Positions 52,235 through 59,953 of a DNA stretch of 64,000 bases are shown here, piece after piece. The position numbers were made by a program, and so were the translations under genes. Source of the stretch: a bacterium (GTDB lineage Bacteria > Zhuqueibacterota > Zhuqueibacteria > Zhuqueibacterales > Zhuqueibacteraceae); NCBI GenBank assembly GCA_044869275.1, contig JBIOXB010000075.1, positions 1 through 64,000 on the forward strand, given 5' to 3'. Below the pieces are notes generated by a model. The model made no database searches and was not told the DNA's origin. It worked only from the letters and a program-made list of their open reading frames with translations. Position 1 is the first letter of the stretch. Every line of letters begins with the position of its first letter.

Positions 52235-52825
52235 TTGCCCCTTATAATTGATCGAAAAGCTGAAGTCGCACTTTCAGATATAGAATTGATTGCGCGGTAC
52301 AGGGAATCCCGAGATGTGGCTTACCCGGGCGTGCTCTTCCAGCGTTATGCCCACTTGGTTCTGGGTATTTGCTTGAAGTATCTCAAGAACGAAGAGGATA
52401 GTAAAGACGCGGCCATGGAACTGTTCGAGAATCTCACCGAAATGCTGGTGAAACACGAGATCACCAATTTCAAAAGCTGGTTGCATACCACCACGAAAAA
52501 TCATTGCCTGATGAAGCTGCGTAAGCCGGAAGCCAAAGCCATCAGACGAAATTTGGAAGGCGTGGATGAAAGTTTATTTATGGAAAATCCCGAGTCCGAG
52601 CATCTTATAGTAGAAGAAATGCGTGATTTACAAATCCGCCATTTGGGAACGGCCTTACCACGGTTGAACGAAGAACAGAGGGTTTGCATCGAATTGTTTT
52701 ATTTGCAGGGAAAAAGCTATCAAGAGGTGGCGGAAACCACCGGATATAGTTTGAATCAAGTCAAGAGCCATATCCAAAACGGAAAGAGAAACTTGAAGAA
52801 CTTTTTGACGAATGTGAAGGAATAA
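52235..52825 (+). CDS. ECF sigma factor
   Basis: SD.ELI, D.KD, FKSWL....KNHC (region 2); L.EEQR..IELFY....SYQEVA...G.....VKS...NGKR (region 4). Confidence 0.93.
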   Translation: MPLIIDRKAEVALSDIELIARYRESRDVAYPGVLFQRYAHLVLGICLKYLKNEEDSKDAAMELFENLTEMLVKHEITNFKSWLHTTTKNHCLMKLRKPEAKAIRRNLEGVDESLFMENPESEHLIVEEMRDLQIRHLGTALPRLNEEQRVCIELFYLQGKSYQEVAETTGYSLNQVKSHIQNGKRNLKNFLTNVKE

Positions 52826-52829
52826 AGCG

Positions 52830-53714
52830 ATGCTGGTTGCATTTGAGAATGTGAACGCCGCGGACGAAAGAACGACTCCGTGTTTGAGTTTCGAACAAAT
52901 GGTGGGTTATGAGGAAAAAACCTTATCCCCGGCGCAATATGCTGCAGTTGATGAGCACTTGACGCAGTGTGAGCTTTGCAGCGAGGCCATGGAAGGCTTT
53001 GCCGCTTTTCCGGATAAAGCCCGGCGGTCGTTCTTGGTGCAAGAGCTGCACGAGGAGATTCAGAGAAGATCCCTGCCGGAAGTTGCACCGGAATCTGAGC
53101 CTACATGGTCCGAACGACTCGCAGGAGTGGTGCGATCGGCAAAAAGCTGGCTTGCCGGAACGATGAAAAATTCCCACTCGATTTTGATCACACCGCGATA
53201 CGGTGTGAAGCTGGCTTATGCTATGGCAACGACTTTCTTGGTCGGCGTAGTTTCGGTAATTTATCTGAATCGCGAGACGCCGGGCGAGAAGTTGTTTGCT
53301 TCATACTTTCAGCCTTATCCCAACCTCGCCTCCTCCGTGCGCGGCGAGCAAGACGCAAGCAAATTGCAGGAGGCTTTGCAATCCTATGATGCGCAAGATT
53401 TCGAGGCCGCGCTGCAGGAGCTGCGAGACATTCTCGCCTCCCAGCCCAACAACGTCATGGCGAATTTTTATGCCGGTATTTCTTATTTGAATCTCAAAGA
53501 AACTGAACGAGCGATTGCCAGTCTGCAAAAAGTGCTTGCGCTCAACGATGCGAAGTTTTCAGCACCGGCGCTTTGGTATCTGGCGCTCGCTTACCTGCAG
53601 CAAGATCAATTGGTGCAAGCACGTGCCACTCTGGAAGGCATTACCGCCAATCAACACCTGTACCAAGCGCAAGCCATAAAGCTGCTGGAGCAACTTCGTT
53701 CCGGTGGCCAGTGA
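52830..53714 (+). CDS. Anti-sigma factor: zf-HC2 (HxxxCxxC), TM helix, C-terminal TPR domain
   Basis: HLTQCELC; TM AYAMATTFLVGVVSVIYL; TPR FYAGISYL and WYLALAYL; starts 4 bp after the sigma stop codon. Confidence 0.85.
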   Translation: MLVAFENVNAADERTTPCLSFEQMVGYEEKTLSPAQYAAVDEHLTQCELCSEAMEGFAAFPDKARRSFLVQELHEEIQRRSLPEVAPESEPTWSERLAGVVRSAKSWLAGTMKNSHSILITPRYGVKLAYAMATTFLVGVVSVIYLNRETPGEKLFASYFQPYPNLASSVRGEQDASKLQEALQSYDAQDFEAALQELRDILASQPNNVMANFYAGISYLNLKETERAIASLQKVLALNDAKFSAPALWYLALAYLQQDQLVQARATLEGITANQHLYQAQAIKLLEQLRSGGQ

Positions 53715-53794
53715 GTGGTTAACAATCGTCCGTTTCGTACACGCTAAACATTGAAAACGGGCTACTTCAGACACACCCGCCGCGGAGGTCTACC

Positions 53795-56700
53795 ATGAAT
53801 CCCAGCCGAGTTATATTGGCGGGCTTTGCGGTTCTCCTTGCCTGTTGCGCCCAAAAAGAAGAGGCCGCGCGAGAAAAGGCTGCGGCTTATTCTTCACCCT
53901 CCGACCACGATCTCACCCGAGCGGAAAACTTTGCCAAGGAAGCCAAATACGATAGCGCGATAACGGCTTTAGAAAGGGCGCGTGCCGGAGATGAAGCCGC
54001 AGGAAATTGGGAAGGCGTGGTGCAGGCGGACAATAAGATCGGCGAATATCTGACGGAAAAAGGTTTGTATGATCAGGCACTCGAGCTGCTGAAGAAGACT
54101 TTGACGCTGGGCCAGAGCAAAATTGGTGAGCAGCACCGTTTGGTCGCGGAAACATATCATAACCTGGGTTACACCAACTGGCGACAGGGCAAACTCGACG
54201 AGGCACTGGCGCATCACAAGAGAGCCCTGGCGCTTCGCTTGGCGGTTCTCGGCGAGCGCCATGCCGAAGTCGGACAAAGTTATCATTTTCTTGGTGAGGT
54301 TTATCAGTCGCAAGGGGATCTTGATCGCGCCATCGATTTTCACGAATTGGGTCTGTCCATCCGCAAGGCGGTGCTGGGAGAGCGGGATGTCGCCGTGGCC
54401 GAAAGTTACAATGCGACGGCCGGCGATTACTGGTTCAAAGGCGATTATGACAAAGCGCTCGACTATTGCCATAAAGCTTTGGCGATTTGGCGCAACACCG
54501 TCGGCGAGCAGCATCCTAAGACCGCGAATTCCTACGGTAACCTCGCCATTCTTTATGCCACCAAGGGCGATCATGTGCAGGCGCTGGAATTTTTCCATAA
54601 AGAGCTGGCCATTCGTCTAGCGATCTTTGGCGAGCAGCATCCTCGCGTGGCCAACACTTATAGCAACATCGGACTCACCCACGAAATGCTCGGCGAGTAT
54701 GACCAGGCCCTGGTTTATACCGAAAAAGCCCTCGTGGGCATTGCGGCGCGCATGGGAGAGAAGCATCCTTTGCTCGCGAACACTTATAATAATAAGGGAA
54801 AGATTCTTCATCACCTCCGCCATGACGATCAAGCGATCGCGGCGCATCACAAGGCTTTGTCGATTCTGTTGCCAACCGTCGGCGAAAAACATCCTTTTGT
54901 GGCTCAGGCTTATAACCATATCGGTGAAGCGCATATCGGCAGGCGGGAGTATGCGCCAGCGCTCGCCTCGTTCAACAAAGCAGCGTCGGTCATGCAAATA
55001 TTGTATGGCAAGCACCATCCCGAGCTGGCGCAGGTTTACAATAATCTAGGCAAGACGCACCTCAAGCTGCGCCAGTATGATTTCGCGCTGCAGGATTTTC
55101 AGCAATCGATTAGCGCGAATATTCCGACTTTGCTCGATGACGATATCTATGGCGAGCCGCCATTGCTCAATGTGCTCTCGGAGAATGATTTATTGCAGTC
55201 GCTGAGCGGCAAGGCGCAGGCTTTCGCCGAGCGCCACGACCATCAGTCGCGAGATCCGCGCGATCTCAAAGCCGCTGTCGGGGCCTATCAGCACGCCTCG
55301 CGCTTGATCGACAAAATGCGCAGCAGCTATAAAGCCGAAGGCTCCAAATTGTTTTTGTCGCGGAACGCCCGGGATATTTTTGACAAGGCGATTCAAAGCA
55401 CGAGGCGCCTACACGATCCCGCCGATCGTGAAACCGCGTTCTTATTCGCTGAAAAGAGTAAGGCGGGCATTATTCTGGAGGCGCTTACCGAGGCCGACGC
55501 CAAGGAGTATGCCGGCATCCACGATAGCTTGCTGGCGAAAGAGCATCAACTGCGCATCGATCTGGCATTTTATGACCGCAAACTGAGCGAAGCGCAGATG
55601 AATCCCCAAAGCGCGGATAGCGCCAAAACCGCGCAATGGCGTGACGAGGAGTTTCAGCTCAAGCAAGATTATGAGGCCCTGCTGGAACGTTTCGAGCGCG
55701 AACATCCGCATTACTACAATCTCAAATATCGCCTCAACACCGTCACCGTGGCGCAGGTGAGAAGTGAGATTTTGAGCGAGAATACTGCGTTGGTGGAATA
55801 TTTCACCGGCAATGATTCGCTGTTTATATTTACGATCACTGTGAATGCTTTTGACTTAACTGCCACGGCCAAAGACACTGGGTTTGAAACGGATATTCAG
55901 GCGTTGCGCCAGGGCATCATTGAGCAGGACTTCGGCAAATACACGCGGTCCGCGCATCGGCTTTATCAAACCTTGCTCGCGCCAGTGGCGGGCAAGCTCG
56001 CTGCAACCAATCTGATCATCATTCCCGACGCGGCGCTCAGCACAGTTCCGTTTGAAGCGTTGTTGGCGCATCCCGTCGCTGCCGAAGGCGGCTTGCAAGA
56101 TTTTGCCAGCCTTCCGTTTGTTTTGAACGATCACTCCTTGAGCTATGCCTATTCGGCAACGCTATTGCAGCAGACGATCAAAAGGAAACAGGCGACGACG
56201 AGCCGCGACTACCTGGCCTTTGCGCCGGTCTTCGCGGAGGGTCTGCCCGTGGGCACGCGCGGCGGGGATCTTTTCAAAGAAAATTTTGCCGCCGGCTCGT
56301 CCCAGGTTGCTGCCACAGCTGCTGTTTCAGCTACACGCATGCGCGGCTATTTGCCTGCCTCCAAAATGGAAGTCACGAATGTGTTTGGCGAGTTTAACGC
56401 GCGCTATAATTTTTTTGAGCGTTGGTTTGGCACGAAGTCGCAGATTTATTTGGAGCGCGAAGCAAAAGAAGAGAGACTCAAGTCGCGCGATTTAAGCGCC
56501 TATCGTTTCCTCCACTTTGCCACACATGGTCTCGTCAACGAGAAAAACCCCAAGCTCTCCGGCTTGGTTTTTGCTCGGGAAGACTCGAGTTCAAAAGAAG
56601 ACGGCGTTTTGCATTTGAGCGAGATATATAATTTGAATCTGAACGCCGATCTCGTGGTATTGAGCGCGTGCGAGACCGGGCTCGGACAAGTGGTCAAAGG

Positions 56701-56941
56701 GGAGGGTATCATCGGTCTGACCCGAGGCTTTCTCTATGCGGGTGCATCCAATCTGCTCGTCTCATTGTGGCAGGTGAGTGATGCAACCACGGCGGATTTG
56801 ATGGTGGATTTTTATGACAAGATGCTCGAGGGCATGAGCAAGCCCGAAGCTTTGCGCGAAGCCAAATTGCAAATGATTCGCCGCCATCCCGAATATGCCA
56901 AGCCGTATTACTGGGCGCCGTTTGTTTTGGTGGGAAGATGA
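53795..56941 (+). CDS. Lipoprotein with about nine TPRs and a C-terminal CHAT (caspase-like, clan CD) protease
   Basis: Lipobox LLAC; 42-aa TPRs (GE.HP.VA..Y.NLG); IIPD..L..VPFEAL; catalytic LHFATHG and VLSACETG; SLW.V; YWAPF; SD GGAGG. Confidence 0.93.
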   Translation: MNPSRVILAGFAVLLACCAQKEEAAREKAAAYSSPSDHDLTRAENFAKEAKYDSAITALERARAGDEAAGNWEGVVQADNKIGEYLTEKGLYDQALELLKKTLTLGQSKIGEQHRLVAETYHNLGYTNWRQGKLDEALAHHKRALALRLAVLGERHAEVGQSYHFLGEVYQSQGDLDRAIDFHELGLSIRKAVLGERDVAVAESYNATAGDYWFKGDYDKALDYCHKALAIWRNTVGEQHPKTANSYGNLAILYATKGDHVQALEFFHKELAIRLAIFGEQHPRVANTYSNIGLTHEMLGEYDQALVYTEKALVGIAARMGEKHPLLANTYNNKGKILHHLRHDDQAIAAHHKALSILLPTVGEKHPFVAQAYNHIGEAHIGRREYAPALASFNKAASVMQILYGKHHPELAQVYNNLGKTHLKLRQYDFALQDFQQSISANIPTLLDDDIYGEPPLLNVLSENDLLQSLSGKAQAFAERHDHQSRDPRDLKAAVGAYQHASRLIDKMRSSYKAEGSKLFLSRNARDIFDKAIQSTRRLHDPADRETAFLFAEKSKAGIILEALTEADAKEYAGIHDSLLAKEHQLRIDLAFYDRKLSEAQMNPQSADSAKTAQWRDEEFQLKQDYEALLERFEREHPHYYNLKYRLNTVTVAQVRSEILSENTALVEYFTGNDSLFIFTITVNAFDLTATAKDTGFETDIQALRQGIIEQDFGKYTRSAHRLYQTLLAPVAGKLAATNLIIIPDAALSTVPFEALLAHPVAAEGGLQDFASLPFVLNDHSLSYAYSATLLQQTIKRKQATTSRDYLAFAPVFAEGLPVGTRGGDLFKENFAAGSSQVAATAAVSATRMRGYLPASKMEVTNVFGEFNARYNFFERWFGTKSQIYLEREAKEERLKSRDLSAYRFLHFATHGLVNEKNPKLSGLVFAREDSSSKEDGVLHLSEIYNLNLNADLVVLSACETGLGQVVKGEGIIGLTRGFLYAGASNLLVSLWQVSDATTADLMVDFYDKMLEGMSKPEALREAKLQMIRRHPEYAKPYYWAPFVLVGR

Positions 56942-56993
56942 AGGCAAAGCGCGGAAGGCATCGTGCGAAAAAAGTACAGTGCCTCTGCTGCCC

Positions 56994-58070
56994 TCAATCC
57001 ACCCAGTCCGCAATGAACACGTTCGTTTGCCCCGGCTTGGCACCATTGCGGTTGGAACAAAACACCAGCTTCTTGCCGTCATGCGTGAACATGGGGAACC
57101 CATCAAATTCGCCGTGAAAAGTAACCTGCTCCATTTCGCTGCCGTCGATATTGATCAGATGCAAATCAAAATTACGGCGGCGCGGGCTGCTGGTGTCGCT
57201 GACATTAGAACAAAAAATGATCTGCTTGCCATTGGGATGAAAAAAGGGCGCGAAGTTAGCCGCGCCATTGTTGGTGATTTGGCGCCGGTTGGAGCCGTCG
57301 GCGTTCATCACGAACAATTCCACCTGGCTCGGGCGCACGAGATCTTCTTGCAGCAATTCCTGATAATCCGCCAATTCCTCCGGCGTTTGCGGATGATAAG
57401 CGCGATAGACGATCATCGCTCCGTCGGGCGAATAAAATGCCCCGCCGTCATAGCCCGCTTCGTGTGTCAGGCGGAGCACCTCGCTGCCGTCGATATTCAT
57501 GGAGTAAAGCTCCAAATCGCCGTCGCGCAGCGAAGTAAAAACGATGCGCTTGCCGTCAGGTGAGATCGTGGCTTCGGCGTCATAGCGCGGCGTGGTGGTG
57601 AGCTGGCGCAGCTCCGAGCCGTCATCTTTGGCGATGAAAATATCATAACTCGGATAAACCGCCCAAACGTATCCGCGCGAAAAGGTCGGCGGCGGTGGGC
57701 AGGAGTCCGCGCCGAGATGGGTGGAGGAAAAAAGAATATGTTCGCCGTCCGCAAAAAAATACCCGCACGTCGTCCGGCCTTTGCCCGTGCTGGCCAGGTG
57801 GACCGCGCTGCCGTCGACATTCATCGTATAGATTTGATCACAGCCAAACGGCGGCCGCGTGGACTGAAAGATGATGCGCTGTTCATCGAAGCTCAAATAT
57901 GCTTCGGCGGAATTTTCGCCCTCGCGCGTCAACTGTCGCAACGCTCTGAAGTGCGTTTCTTGCGGCAGAATATGGCTGGACTCGTCTTTCACTTTCGGCT
58001 TTTGATCACTGCAGGCCATCATGAAAAATACCGGCATCCAAAGCATGCGCATCTGGTTTACTCCCATCAT
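56994..58070 (-). CDS. TolB-like (PD40) beta-propeller lipoprotein
   Basis: Lipobox MMAC; repeated SPDG..IVF.S.R.G...Y.M..DGS. Confidence 0.82.
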   Translation of the reverse strand: MMGVNQMRMLWMPVFFMMACSDQKPKVKDESSHILPQETHFRALRQLTREGENSAEAYLSFDEQRIIFQSTRPPFGCDQIYTMNVDGSAVHLASTGKGRTTCGYFFADGEHILFSSTHLGADSCPPPPTFSRGYVWAVYPSYDIFIAKDDGSELRQLTTTPRYDAEATISPDGKRIVFTSLRDGDLELYSMNIDGSEVLRLTHEAGYDGGAFYSPDGAMIVYRAYHPQTPEELADYQELLQEDLVRPSQVELFVMNADGSNRRQITNNGAANFAPFFHPNGKQIIFCSNVSDTSSPRRRNFDLHLINIDGSEMEQVTFHGEFDGFPMFTHDGKKLVFCSNRNGAKPGQTNVFIADWVD

Positions 58071-58089
58071 CCTCGTTGCATTCGATAAA

Positions 58090-59121
58090 TTAGGCCGAAA
58101 TCGCGCGCAGCAATTCCGCCGAGCGCTCCGGCGGCATCCAATTCACCTGAAAACCGAAGCCGATTTCAAAGGAAGAATAGCCGCGCAAACGCGGAGTGAT
58201 TTCCACGTGCCAATGAAAATCGCGTTCCACCGTTTTCCAATAGCCGCGCTGCCGGCCCGCGGTCAAATTCGGACCGGTATGGATTTCCATTACATAGTTC
58301 GGGTCACCCAGGCATTCACGAATTTTCACCAACGTCACGCGCAGCAGCCGGGCGAGCGCTGCCAATTCATTGTTTGATTCAAAAAACGTTTCATGGTGCT
58401 TGGGCAAAATCCAGGTTTCAAACGGCGCGCGCGCGGCAAACGGGCAAAACGCCAGAAAACTCTCATTCTCCGCCACCAGGCGTTGCGCATCGTCCAACTC
58501 CTGCCGGATCACGTCGCAAAAGATACAGCGATCTTTGATCGCAAAAAACTGCTGGGCATTGAGCAATTCGTCGCGCACGCGTTGCGGCGTGATGGGAGTG
58601 GCCAAGACGTGGCCGTAAGCATGGCGCGCGTGCGGGTCGTTGCCGTCGCGGTAATTTTTGTGCGCCAAAATATACCGAAAACGGGTGTCGCGCTTCAGAT
58701 CCAAAATGCGCTCGCGATAGGCGGCCAGCACTTCGGAGATCTCGTCGTCGGAAAGCTCGGAAAGGCTGCGATTGTGATCCGGGCATTCGATCACGACTTC
58801 GTGCGCGCCGATGCCGTCGTGCATATCGTAAATACCGACGGCGCGGTTGTTGATTTCGCCATGAATTTGCAGGACCGGGAATTTCTCGGGCACCACGCGC
58901 ACTTTCCAGCCCGTTTCATTCCTGCCCGAGCCGGCATGGCGAATCGCAAAAATCTCCGAAGGCGTCTCATGCTCGCGGCCCTGGCAATAGGAACAATTCT
59001 CCCCGGGCAGTTTGCGCACGATAGGGTGCGCTGGATCCGGCCTCAACTCGGCCAAGTCCTTGCCGTCTTGCACAACGATCGTCCAGATGCCGGTAATGGG
59101 GTCGCGTCGGAGTTGATTCAT
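58090..59121 (-). CDS. galT: Galactose-1-phosphate uridylyltransferase-like (HIT superfamily) protein with altered active site
   Basis: LR.DP..G.W, CSYC.G.E, G.HEVVIE, C.FCD, P.ETWI.P..H, HWH.EI.P; the HPH motif reads HAY. Confidence 0.75.
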   Translation of the reverse strand: MNQLRRDPITGIWTIVVQDGKDLAELRPDPAHPIVRKLPGENCSYCQGREHETPSEIFAIRHAGSGRNETGWKVRVVPEKFPVLQIHGEINNRAVGIYDMHDGIGAHEVVIECPDHNRSLSELSDDEISEVLAAYRERILDLKRDTRFRYILAHKNYRDGNDPHARHAYGHVLATPITPQRVRDELLNAQQFFAIKDRCIFCDVIRQELDDAQRLVAENESFLAFCPFAARAPFETWILPKHHETFFESNNELAALARLLRVTLVKIRECLGDPNYVMEIHTGPNLTAGRQRGYWKTVERDFHWHVEITPRLRGYSSFEIGFGFQVNWMPPERSAELLRAISA

Positions 59122-59290
59122 ACATTAGCCTCTCGAAAAGCGTTTACATGGCGGCGCTCCCCCCACTGCTTTAGATCAAACGGCAAGCCCTCGTCGCGCG
59201 CGGCAATTGATGAGGAGGTTCTCGATGGCGAAAAAGCGGCCAGAATTATCTGAGGTCGAGCGGAGAAACTGCGCTCGCTATAAGTCGATA

Positions 59291-59319
59291 ATGGTAGGAA
59301 AATTTTGATATTTTGTCAA
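59291..59319 (-). promoter_or_regulatory. sigma70 promoter for the galT-like gene
   Basis: TTGACA-N17-TACCAT. Confidence 0.6.
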
Positions 59320-59383
59320 GCGAAAGCTCGGGGGCACTTAATCAGGAAAGTCGTGCGGCTAACGGCAGGCGCACGGCCGAATT

Positions 59384-59917
59384 TCAATCGTGCACCAGGC
59401 TTAAAATTTGATTTTCCCGGCGCCGCATCTGCCGGCGTTCTGCCGGAGTGTGGTCGCCGTAACCCAGCAGATGGAGCACGCCGTGCACGACCAATCGCCG
59501 TACCTCTTCGCTCGGTGCGACGCGATAGCGCCGCGCCTGCCGGTCCGCCTCTTCGCAGCAAATAAAAAGCGCGGCCAGGCGGGATTGGTCCGGCAAGAAA
59601 CCCAAATCAAATGTGATGATATCCGTCGGGGAGGGATCGCCGAGATAGTCCTGATGCAAGCGGCAAATCACTTGGACATCGACGAGGTTCACTTCGACTT
59701 CTGCCGCGGGCTGGCCATGCGCGGTCCATATTTCCCGTAAAACTTTCTGCAATCGCATTCTGCCGGGCAACCAGCGGCGTGCCCGCGAAATCTGCGGAAA
59801 TTTCAAGCGCAGGGCAGCAGGGCGAGCAGCAGCCCGCGCCGAATCTGAGTTCGGGGGCTTCGGCTTTACTCTGCTTTTGCGCGGTGCCGAATTCCTCATC
59901 CTTTTCGATGCGTTCAT
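59384..59917 (-). CDS. ybeY: rRNA maturation endoribonuclease YbeY
   Basis: PTDIITF, HGVLHLLGYGDH; context with phoH; start uncertain. Confidence 0.88.
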   Translation of the reverse strand: MNASKRMRNSAPRKSRVKPKPPNSDSARAAARPAALRLKFPQISRARRWLPGRMRLQKVLREIWTAHGQPAAEVEVNLVDVQVICRLHQDYLGDPSPTDIITFDLGFLPDQSRLAALFICCEEADRQARRYRVAPSEEVRRLVVHGVLHLLGYGDHTPAERRQMRRRENQILSLVHD

Positions 59918-59953
59918 TGCCAGCGTGCCGAAAAGATCAGAGCCGATTGGGGA

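Noticed and set aside
53795..56941. Type III-E CRISPR Craspase (Csx29) locus
   Set aside because: No Cas7-11, Csx30/31 or array in the window, and this CHAT protein has a lipoprotein signal. Only the regulatory logic is analogous.
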